Assembly (NCBI GenBank): GCA_043228905.1
Contig: JBHGNT010000011.1
Location: 17,484,001-17,548,000, forward strand
DNA: 64,000 nt
Source: Azolla caroliniana
Lineage: Eukaryota > Plantae > Polypodiophyta
Reading direction: 5' to 3'
Shown here: positions 27,801-38,908 of the stretch, piece by piece
Layout: each line of letters begins with the position of its first letter
How positions within the stretch are numbered: the first letter of the stretch is position 1
Program-made: the position numbers and the translations under genes
The notes under the pieces: model-generated
Database searches by the model: none
What the model was told of the DNA's origin: nothing
Seen by the model: only the letters and a program-made list of their open reading frames with translations

Positions 27801-27904
27801 TTGTATTCTATTTGTGAACTAATGCAAAGTAATGTTTTGTTTTGGAAAACAAAAGTTGTAGTAAGGGCATCGGCCTTACGGAAATGCAACTTCTTTTCTA
27901 GAAA

Positions 27905-28819
27905 CACCAGGACATTTGAAATAGGTAATATGTCGCATTTTGAGAACTCCCCATCTAAAAATGACACAAATTAGGTTTATTCACAAAATGGGGTGCCGCA
28001 TGCGTAAAGGATTTTAAAAAATGACCCAAAAATATATTGATTTCTAGCATGTACGAAAATTTAAGTGTTCAAAAAAATGCCTAAATAATGGACATGCCAA
28101 ACTTACAAATGAATGTCCAAAATGACTAACACCAATATTTATATAAATTCATGAATCCAAATCTTAATGTACAATACAATATTTACAGTTAACGTATCAG
28201 GACAATCGTTTTCCAAGTTTATGCCATCATCCTCATACCCATTAGATGAAGTAGTAGGAGTTTATGAGGTCTCGTCCTCATCATCTATGGCAACTAATGC
28301 ATTGTCTTTATCCAATTGCAATCCAACTTCATCGAGGTTATGAGTCATGCTTCTTGTTTGCCTTTGTGTTGTGTCAAAAGCCACATTCGAGATCCTCTTT
28401 TAGTAGTATCACGTGTCAATGGAAATTTTCTCTTGACATAGTAGTATCTCTTAATTGCAAGGTTCACAATTTGCTTTAAGATATATTTTATATAAATATA
28501 CACACATAATTAGAAGAAGTCACTTATTTAGTGGGGTATGCTTTTTAGAATATGCACAAGGACTCATGTTACTATTATACTTGCGTTGACGAATATTACC
28601 CATGTCTAAGATTTGGACAAAAACATGGTAGATAGAATATACGTAGGATGATTTTGTTGACGTGATATTAGTTAGTTCTATTTCTCGCTATGTTTTCATA
28701 AACCCCATACGCATGAGTCGTGCCTTTTTAAAATTCAGCTTAAATAAGGCATTTTTTAACATCTCACTAAGATATGAAAAAGAGAATGCAACATATTACC
28801 TGTTTCAAATGACCTGATG
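27905..28819. mobile_element. TIR (probably hAT) non-autonomous element
   Basis: ~35-bp TIRs CACCAGGACATTTGAAATAGGTAATATGTCGCATT / reverse complement CATCAGGTCATTTGAAACAGGTAATATGTTGCATT. The flanks are contiguous in the empty-site copy at 34908-35026. The TSD is degenerate. Confidence 0.75.
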
Positions 28820-29121
28820 CTTAGAATATAAACCACAACAAAGAAGTACTTTAAATAAGATAAATAAAGTGAAAAGCACTTGATAAGTTATTGAATAACT
28901 TGATGACGAAAGTGGGGCCTATTCCAGCCTACCCTGATCCTTCTACGTAGTGCAATCTATGCCATCCATTGGCTCTACTCTACTCTTCTGGCCACAGTAC
29001 CAATAGTTGGTAGTTCTATTCTTCTGGTTCTTGGCTCCACCTTGACTGCCCCTGCTCATGGAGGGTTCGCAACAATTGTCAGCATCTCTGTTGTGCCTCT
29101 AATTTTGCTCATATAAGCCAC

Positions 29122-29620
29122 CATTGCTGTGCACTGACCCGCCTCGTCCTCAACGACCACGAGGCTGATCCGCCTCCATGTACAACATCTTGTTGTCAAC
29201 GTGCGTGCTCGTCGACACACCCACGTGGTTCTCTTCAACAAGAAGCATTGATTGCAACTTGAAGAAGGACGATATTTTCTCAATGCGCATTGTGGTGCAT
29301 TGACCCGCCTCATCCTCAACGACCACAAGGCTGATCCGCCTCCATGTACAACATCCTGTTGTCAACGTGTGTGCTCGTTGACACACCCACGTGGTTCTCT
29401 TCAACAAGAAGCATTGATTGCAACTTGAAGAAGGACGATATTTTCTCATTGTGCATTGTTGTGCACTGACCCGCCTCGTCCTCAACGACCATGAGGCTGA
29501 TCCGCCTCCATGTACAACATCTTGTTGTCAACGTGCGTGCTCGTCGACACACCCACGTGGTTCTCTTCAGCAAGAAGCATTGATTGCAACTTGAAGAAGG
29601 ACGATATTTTCTCAATGCGC
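29122..29620. repeat. 166-bp tandem repeat, three copies, inside the nested LTR element
   Basis: CATTG.TGTGCACTGACCCGCC starts at 29122, 29288 and 29454; near-identical units. Confidence 0.95.
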
Positions 29621-30831
29621 CAAACCTCCTAGGCAGACACACACCATCTCATCCTCATCCACCATCATGTTGATGGGCTCGAGTGCGTCGCAGATCTCGT
29701 TTATCTTGGAGGTGTAATCGGCCATCAACATATCTGTTTGTCGGATGTTGTGCAGCTCTTGTTTGTTCCTTTGTCCATGTTCTTGTCAACTCTTGTCTGG
29801 AGGTCAAAAATTTGTTTGAAATGGTTTTCAACTACAGAGGATTTTCTCAACCCTCGCTCTCTAATACCATGTACTAAATGTTTACGTGTGTGGAAGTTTG
29901 TAAAGATAACAGACACTATCGAATAAGAGGGACAATGGAAGACAATTAGGAATACACAAAGAATGAAGTTGGAGAGCAAGTACACAATGAGTGAGAGAGA
30001 CATAGAGTTAGTAGACAACAAGAAACTCAATTCAAAATGATAATACTCTGTTACACATAAGATGTGCTCAATAAGCACTTCTCATAAAAGCCCCTGATAG
30101 TGGGTTGACACAAGTACAGACAAGTACTTTAATCCGCATAATTGAGCATCTGACACTAGCGACCTATTATGTTCCTATTACTAAAATAGGAATATAAACC
30201 TCTAACGGCCTGTCGGCTCCTAGCCGATTTGGCTTTTGGCTTCTTTAACCGATCGGGCATGTTGAGCTTGTCACTCAACATTACAAAAGCATCATCTCCC
30301 AGATTTCTGCAGAAGGCATGACTATCAATGATGAGCGAAAAGCTCTCATGCTGATGAACAATCTCCCCCCATCATGGGAAACTTTCATCACGACTGTGTG
30401 TAATGCGTCGGCTTTGCCCGTTAAATACTCTGAGATCACGAATTCTATTATGTCCGAAGACGCTCGGAGAAAAACATTCACACATGAGTCAACAAATGAT
30501 GCTTTCATGAAGCAAAGTTCGACCGATCAACCAAATAGTTGGGGAAGTTCTTCCCAATAGTGGACCAATGCGAATGTGCAATTACTACAAGAAGTCTAGA
30601 CCGATAGCATATCATCATCTCTTTGTTATATTACGTGGGAGTGTCGAATACGGTGAAATATAATGGAGGTATTCACATTACCTCATTGGATAAGCTAATT
30701 TAGGTTATTCTTCTAAATAGCATAAAGGGTAGTTGCCCTAGTTTAGTTAGTATATAACCAACTTTGTAACCAATTTTTAAAGATGATGTTGTATTGCCTA
30801 TTTTGAATTATAATACAATTAGTATTTTGTG

Positions 30832-30869
<38 letters not shown>

Positions 30870-30873
<4 letters not shown>

Positions 30874-31572
30874 TAGAATTGCATGGGAAGCAAGCAAAAA
30901 GATCCAAAAGACCCATAAAAGCAAAATTTTGTGTTCCAGTTGGATGCAAGATATCGAAAAATGGTTTGGTAGATGGGATGCAAGACACTTGCTTCATGAT
31001 GCATCACTAGATTCCTCTTTAAATGAGGCCTTTTTGCAACGCCAATGTATCATGACATGGGACAAATGTCGAGGCTCATCCTTCACACATTATACTACAC
31101 ATGTTGCACCTAACTACAAAACCATATTCTTTGCGGAATGGGGAAACCGTACACATCGATACATGTTAGAGCCCATACCGTTATCTATCATTCGAACCAT
31201 TCCTTCCATGCGACTTAGCTCACATGCATTGCGATGTGAGACGGGGCGTTGGGGGCACAAGTGATGAGAGTGGTCGGTTATCCACACTTTGCCCTAAACA
31301 AGTTTGCGAATCTGAGTATAACACTTGGATACAATGCTCTACCTTTGATCATATTCGACCATACTTTCCACATCTCTTCGACCGAGCCCAATCCTTGCAT
31401 GAATTCCTCTCACAACCACAATGTGCACTCTCGATTGCAACATTCATTGGTAAAGTTCTTGAACATTGAGAGTCACTACTCACTTCCACACGTATCACGT
31501 GAAATGTAATATTTTTTGTCTCATAGGTCATATTTGACCTCCGAAGACAATAATATAATCTATCTATCTATC
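30870..31572 (+). mobile_element. 3' fragment of RTE/RTEX-like LINE inserted in (CT)n within the copia 3' LTR
   Basis: MRLSSHALRCETGRWG...LCP..ESEY..IQC..F C-terminal domain; 3' end TGTCTCATAGGTCATATTTGACCTCCGAAGAC plus (ATCT)n; (CT)n on both sides. Confidence 0.8.
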
Positions 31573-32568
31573 TCTCTCTCTCTTTCTTGTCAAGCCTCCA
31601 TTGATATCTGTCTTCTTGTTCTTTATTCTAGACGACCAACCTCCAATAGTGAGTAGACCTTCACTTTTTCCCTTTTTCTACCTTTGGCCACGCCACTTCA
31701 CGACAAGGGTTCCACTAGAACCTAGGCCATTATAACATCCCGTATGGTAGCCAAACATTGAGCATGCTTGCTAACCAAATGGCAAGCATGCATTAAGGTT
31801 GAGTGGTAAACATGCACAAAACTAAGGATATTATATACAAGGATGTTCCAATGTTGCTAAACTATTACAATTCAATGTTAGTCTTCAATAACACATTTGA
31901 AAAGCCTCTTGTATTCAAGGTCTTGTATATAAAATAAAGATTCTTGTTCATTCTTTCTTTCTTTTACACATTTGTATTGTTTTTTGTCTTCAACCTTGGC
32001 ACCTAGTCAATAAGTTCATTTATCAACATGACATCATGTTCTCTAGAAGTTTTGTGGAATCTCTTTCATGTGAAAATCATCAAAGAATGACTTTGCTTTC
32101 TTTGTCAAATTCCTAAATCTTATAGTAACTTTCCTTCTTTGAATGAACCATATGGAGTTCCATCTTGTTAAATTCATCTTGAAATATCAAAGTCGAAAAC
32201 ATTTGTTAGCTACCCCAAAAGCTCATTTGCCAACAATTGAAGCTCAATTGCTTTTATAACATCGTGATGAGAAATTCTTGAAAATATCCTCACACGTCTT
32301 GACCTCCATGGGCTACAATATCCATTTAAAAAACATACATTACAATTACAATGGTAAAATTTGATGCATGTTCTCTAGTGAGTTGCCAATGAACACAACG
32401 CAAAATTACAAAAAGCAAACTAGGGGTGAACAAACAACATTGAATCAAGGAGTACATGCAGAACAATGAGTAGGATGGTGATAGAATGAGTAGGATATGA
32501 TCTAGTATCCATTAGGATTTTGTCTTTGTAAAAAAAACAATGCATATAATTAATCATATGTACATGAG

Positions 32569-32619
<51 letters not shown>

Positions 32620-32940
32620 AGAGAGAGCAAATTAGACACCAAAGAGAATAGAATCTGTTAGGCGAAACTAGAAGAAGATTTACAAATTACAAAAATAATA
32701 TCAACGTTACATACAAGAGGGTAGATTTAGTATAAGACTTGGTCTATAAAGAACATATATGTGAGTACATTCTTGTGAACATATAATGTTATGACCAATC
32801 TTGTAATGAATAGTACATCAAAGTGGGATGTAAGATGGTATCATCATGATTTGCGATAAGAATAGATACACAATACATGCACACATACATAAGATGTAGA
32901 ACATGCATATCATACATAACATGTATAACATACTAACATA

Positions 32941-33670
32941 ACAATTGAATGCATTATTCCATAGATATTGGGAGAGCTACAATCAGGATATTGAAAAGGT
33001 TTGGATATTCATGCATTCTTCATCATATTTCTGTTAGGGTTTTGTTGGTGCCCTTAAAAAAAGTTAGGAATTATTAGGGTTTTAGGATGTTTATAACCTC
33101 ATTATACAAATAAACCTTGCTATCCTTACTATGATCCTAACCATCAATTGGCAAGATAAACCCTCTAAGGTGTCAATTGCAACTTGCAATGCTATTAATA
33201 TATAAAGGCAAGTCCTCTAGGACGAGGAGGTGACCATTTCTCAAACTCTAATTGTGCCACATTGCCCAATACCTAAGGTACCTAATGGAGGAAATAACAA
33301 CTATGAAATAGAAAGCATTTCGCGTTAATCAAAGTCCATAATATCCAACTATGTATTTATTTTGCAGGCAGTTTGGTAATTGATGCATAAATTGTCTGCG
33401 GGAAGCCTGTTGATAAGGAATCAGAAGCTTGTCCTATCAATCCAAGTTCAGTATCGAACCATGTATGAATGGGGCTATAAGTTTTAATAGTTCCTTGGTT
33501 CATTCAACAAATGGATTCAAGAAATCATAAAATAATCCGAAGGAGGCAAGAAGATGAATTAACTGCTCAAAATGATTTTGGCAGAATTTACAGAATTTAT
33601 ATGACATTGATAATCAAATCGAGGAGTTGAACCGCTCATATCTCTTAAACATTATGGAATCTATCTCTTT
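32941..33670 (+). pseudogene. Relic annexin copy (end of exon 4, part of intron 4 and 3'-flank pieces)
   Basis: 32941-33156 matches genes 1 and 4 (CAATTGAATG...GGGAGAGCTACAATCAGGATATTGAAAAG|GTTTGG plus intron 4). 33325-33670 matches annexin 3'-flank sequence. Confidence 0.85.
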
Positions 33671-34342
33671 TAAATGGCATTGTTCAATTTGTTGTCACTT
33701 AAACGTCTAAATTATGTGGACATTGTCACTTAAAAGTTATGTGTGCTCCATGTGTATTTCTTGGTACCAGAATTCGACTCTTTTCTTTCTTTCACTGGAA
33801 ATTTGTTATTATAAAAAACCTATGGAGATACCTAAAACCCTATCTTGAAATATTGACCCCTTTCAGATGTTGGAACATCTTATACTCACCAAAATACATT
33901 ACAGATATATTGAGACCATGAATGCATATTGGTGGACATATATATACTTGTAAAGAACCTATACTTTGGTGGGTAATATATTCTCAAAGATCAATTTAAA
34001 TATTCAAATGCAAAATAATGCATTTGTGTTTGCTTTTTACATGTAATTCATACATGGACACTAAAAGTTTACTCGAAACAAAAAAGAGAATGCATAGTCA
34101 TGGGAATGAGTGGAAGTGATGGAGGGACCAAAGAGAGGCATAGCGTTAAGTTAACGCAACAAAAGATGATAAAAGTAGGGTTGTAATATTGAATACAAAA
34201 CATGCAATGAACATGCATGATTATAGAGCAAAAACAGCCTCAAACTTCATTTACAATTATCCATTAGTGTAAGGAGGGAATGATTACTTTAAGAATGTAA
34301 AATGATAGCAAATTATGCATCAAGATGGATTCCATCTTATGT

Positions 34343-34425
34343 TAAAACGCAAGCATAACAGTTTAGATTGGGTGTTGTAATTATTGCTTACAATACCCAA
34401 TCTAAAATGTTATGCTTGCATTTTA
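34343..34425. repeat. Hairpin: 38-bp arms, 7-nt loop
   Basis: Left arm 34343-34380 versus reverse complement of 34388-34425, three mismatches. Confidence 0.9.
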
Positions 34426-35159
34426 GGATGCTTAGCATACAATACATGTAGAATACCTATACTAAGTATTCTACCTTTAAAAAAACATATTTAGAATACT
34501 TATTCTATAGATAAAATACATTACATACTTTAAATATGTAGAATATGTATAATACTTCTTAAATTTTAAAGTTTTTTAAATATTTTTATATGTACATTTA
34601 AAAAAATGTTTAAACATCTTGGAAAAGTTAAATACTTGTTACATATGTACAGTATGTCGAATACTTTGAATAGATGAAATAGACAAAGAATCCATGTAGA
34701 ATACTCTAGAATAATCTAAAATATATTCTAAGTATAAATATACATTTTTTAACAACTACGGACCACGGTGTGTATGATGGATTGCTTAGAGCACACTTTC
34801 TTACAAAACTCCTATGATAAAAATACACAAAATCAACAAGTCAGTTGATACACAAATTCGACTAACTTCCACTTTTGTGCATGAAAAGTTTGGAGCGTGC
34901 AAGCATAAGTTGTAGTAAGGGCATTGGCCTAATGGAAATGCAACTTCTTTTCCAAAATATAAACCACAACAAAAAGTATTTAAAAGAAGCTAAATAAAGT
35001 GAAAAGCGCTTGATAACTTATTGAACAGGGTTCCAAAGGTATAAATGCGGGAGGGGATGAAGAAAAGAATGTGTTTACCTAGACATTCTCTTCTGTTAAA
35101 CAAACAAAAGGAAAAAAAGGTTATACAAAGAGGTTAGCAAAGGGGATTCGAAAGAAGCA

Positions 35160-35285
35160 ATGTCATGGCAAGAATTTGTAGATGGGCAACTGATGGTGGA
35201 ACTTTCTGGTGGAAACTACCTTAGCTCCGCTGCAATTATGGGTCAAGATGGCAATATTTGGGCCCAAAGCCCGAACTTCCCTCCG
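35160..35285 (+). pseudogene. PRF: Profilin exon 1 (orphan; exons 2-3 not found in window)
   Basis: [42 protein letters not shown] followed by GT at the conserved plant profilin intron-1 position. TATA-like GGTATAAAT at 35038. I saw no downstream GxKYMVIQGE exon. Confidence 0.8.
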
Positions 35286-35287
35286 GT

Positions 35288-35339
<52 letters not shown>

Positions 35340-37988
35340 GCATTGAAATTTGAGATAACCCAAGTTCCTTGCTTTGGCACTAGTCGAAACTTCTCTATTC
35401 ATTGCAAGTCTCCATCTAATCATAAATGTACGCAATTGAAGCCATCATTTAATACATGCATCGATGGATCTATGTGTTCTATCTATTTCTTATAACAATA
35501 TATACACTTAACTCTTGAGCTCTCATCAAAACACATCAACAGGTGCCACAAAACCTTAAAGCACACAATTGTGGGCCTTCACCAATAGGATACATCTTAC
35601 CAACATCCCTCAGCATGAATTAGGACACACCATACAAACAATACCCACAATTCTCATCACACACTTGAATGAATACCATAACATCACATCGAGACTTGGT
35701 GCAATGAGCATGAGATCTCATGGAATTGTTATTCCATCACATGATTGTGTAATGAAAGGTAACACTCACTTGGTTTGAATACAAATTTCCAAGTTCAAAT
35801 CTACATACAAATGCTTGTGTGGTATCACAACACTTCGAGCATATTTGTGATCTACATATTTGTGTGTTTCAAGTAATTTGAGTACACGTCACCAAGAATA
35901 GGTTACTAAGAGTAGACAAGTCATAGGAATGGCCTGGAGTAGTGTGGTTTAATCTAACCTCGTATTCCGTAATGTGCTTGTGCGTAAACGTTATTTTTGT
36001 GGTATAATCTGTCGCATGTGAGCAACTTACCAATGTTCATTCTCAACACATGAGATGATTGTGGACTTCTTCCATGTGGGAGGTGTATTGATTTTCTACA
36101 CCATTGACATTTGAGCATATTGATGCACGTAGGTTCATTCTCACATGAACCACTTCAAATCAACAAAGCATAAGCAGGTAGATAGGCTATGACAAAGATA
36201 AATACCCACGTTTTAATGCCATGTGACGAACTAAGTAGTACATTTTAAACCAATCAGACGTGATGGATGAGTGAATGGAATATCATAAATTGCTCACTTT
36301 GTTCAAAACATAATCGCATACATTAATAACTACAAACGTAAACTTTGATACATGTTCTCTAACAAGTGTGATCACACACAAAGTTTATGGTTGATCTTGT
36401 TGTTGAACAAACGACATTGAATCAACGATAGGTACATGCAAAATGATTGGTGTATATGCTACCTTTCGTATGTACTCTCATAGAATTATAAACCAGCATG
36501 TAATGGTGGTAGAATGAGTATGATATGGTCTAGTATAGACAATACATAGGTGGAATTTAATCTTTGACACATGTTTTTCAATGAGTGTGTTCACTAACAT
36601 ACAAAGTGTGTTTATGCTTGACTTCTGAACATGTACTTTTGTTATGCATAAAATCAACACCATAATAAGTCAAATATGAAAAGGTAGCTTGATGATTGTT
36701 ATGATCCATTTTCAATCATTTGAATTAAATGTCCATTTCAAACACAAGTTTATTATACATGTGGTAATTCCTATCAATGCTCTTGCTCATTTAAAGCTAT
36801 GAAAAACTGTTGATTGATTGAAACTTCATAAATCATAGTCATGGTTCCTACCAAAGAGCCCAATTGATTGAAACTTCTTATTGAAGCTCATGTGAAAAAT
36901 CTTCCAGAGCCTCTTTGTATCTTGATTTTGTAAAGAGCTAAACATATAATTCTATGTAGAGGAATGAATCAATTATGTAAGATGTAAGATGGGTGTGTAT
37001 GTATTTGTGTTAACGAGAGAGAATTAGACACCAAACACGATAGAATCTATTAGGTGAAACTGGGGGAAGATTTACAAATTACAATAGCAAAATCAACATC
37101 ACACTCAAGAGTGTGGGGGCCTAGGGTTTAGATTAAATACGAGACTTGGTCTATAAAGAACCTTTATATTTAAGAACACATAAAAGGTAAGATCAATCTT
37201 GTAAAGAATGTGAGAGTGATAAATATATTTATCATTAATACTAGGTCATATAGGTCCTAGGAATCGCTAAGTCAATGCTAGATTGTAGCATCGGTTTGAC
37301 TACATCGTTGAGCTCGACATCTCAACAATCCTTGGGACTTGCTCAAAAGATAAGATTTCGGGAACACGTCGTGATCATTTGCAGCTCGGGAGGAGTAGAG
37401 CATAGTAATCTTGGAGATATGGTATACAAATATGTAACGGCTAATGTATATACACATCGCAATTGGCAAATATGATATAGTAATCTTGGGTGGGCCATGA
37501 TGTGGGTCTAAGGGAATCGGATGTTATCTCCGTTTCTCCAACGCAAAAATTGTACCTCTTTCTTGTGATTTTATAATACCAAGTCGTATCTTTAAATTTT
37601 CTTTTTTAAAAGAGAAAAAGAAAAGATATCCAGAATAGAAGATTCGAAGGATGACTAGGTGTACGTTGGCCGATAGCCATAAGTGCAAGTCAAATGGGTG
37701 AGTCGAACAGGATGTAGGTGGAATGGCGGAGATGTAAAAAGTTGGCTTTGATACAACGGACAAGAACGTGTCAATGAGATGGTTTGTATCATCGTATGAT
37801 TAGCGATAAGAAATAGAACCCCCCCCAACTTTCCTTCAAGTCTTTTCTCTTTGCTGAACACATGGTACTGACACTGTCACACATAGCATACATACATTAC
37901 ATGCATATCATACATGACATACATTCAGATTATGTAGTGGATTGAAGGTGGGGGGCAGGTCCCATCACCGTGAGAAGAGAAGAGGAAG

Positions 37989-38310
37989 TAGATAGATAGA
38001 TTATATTATCGTCTTCGGAGGTAAAACATGACCGATGAGACCAAAAATATTACATTTCACGTGACACATAGTGGGAAACCACCCTCAAAAGAAAATAAAA
38101 TAGTGGTCTAAATAAACTAATTTTCTTAAGTCAACTATAGTAATAAATGAAAAGATAAAAAAAGTTAGAAGAGGTTTTCGAAAGTAGACAAAAGTAGAGA
38201 AAAAGATGGGGAAAGAAAAGCTAGCCGTGGATAATGAGGAGCAAGGTCCGAGTAAAAAGCTCATAATTTCCTCGTCAACGTGTGAAAGGTAGTAGGGAGT
38301 CTCGATCTTC
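37989..38310 (-). mobile_element. Short element sharing the RTE-like LINE 3' tail (SINE-like or chimeric)
   Basis: Reverse complement of 37989-38066 matches 31495-31572 (TCACGTGAAATGTAATATTTTT..TCTCAT.GGTCA...ACCTCCGAAGAC.ATAATATAA(TATC)n). The body is different, and (GA)n lies at 38311. Confidence 0.6.
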
Positions 38311-38473
38311 AAGAGAGAGAGAGAGAGAGAGAGTATGTAAGTGGCTTGACTTTCTTGACTTTACACCGTAAAGCCTCGGGTCCTTATCTTAGATCCAAAA
38401 GTCAAACACTTTGTTTTATTCAATGACCATGTCATCACATCATGACCACGCTCATGCCTTGACTCGCTCTCTG

Positions 38474-38510
<37 letters not shown>

Positions 38511-38908
38511 CACACACACACCCAGTTTCACTGTTTGGGATGCTTGCCATGGCAGCTCCAGCCTCCACTTGCTCTTCTTCTCCCAACTCCTAAAGTCAAT
38601 ACTTTAGTCATGATCGCTTCCGACAAAAATGATTTCGTCTGCTTCATTCAGTGGCGATGGCGATGCCATAACTCTGTCTCTGTCTCTCTTTCTCTCTCAA
38701 TACACACACACACACTTACTTTTTCATGGTATAAATATCCGCCATGCAACCTCCAGTTTCTCATCAATTTCACCTTTCAAACTGTGCCTCACTCCTTATT
38801 CTTCTGCATTCTCCTCACCTCCATTCTTCTGCAGTTTGATCTTCTTCATACTTCCATCTTCGTTTCTTCGCGTTTGTTGTTTTCATTATCATTCTTCCGT
38901 GAGAAGCC

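Larger units (their letters stand above)
25071..30280 (-). mobile_element. Non-autonomous LTR retrotransposon nested in the copia gag
   Basis: Direct repeats 25071-25510 and 29870-30280 (TG...CA). PBS TGGTATTAGAGAGC (tRNA-iMet-like) on the minus strand at 29856-29869. Purine tract next to 25511. TSD TTACG/TTACA. Confidence 0.88.
24653..31648 (+). mobile_element. Internally deleted Ty1/copia element (gag only) hosting nested insertions
   Basis: The gag reads KKFDGMNFNF..EKMQDYL (~24800) and EWAKLD..IRMHLS..QLWK, is split at 25070/30281, and resumes ...ERKALMLMNNLPPSWETF. LTR starts TGTCGAAT at 24653 and 30642 (purine tract before the latter). 5-bp TSD GTGAG at 24648-24652 and 31649-31653. Confidence 0.85.

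Noticed and set aside
29056-29642. Three repetitive minus-strand ORFs
   Set aside because: They are by-products of a 166-bp repeat (not a multiple of 3) with no recognisable domain.
34436-34776. AT-rich segment with CATACA/TGTATG ends and GAATAC repeats as a MITE
   Set aside because: The TIR is very short and no clean TSD is visible.
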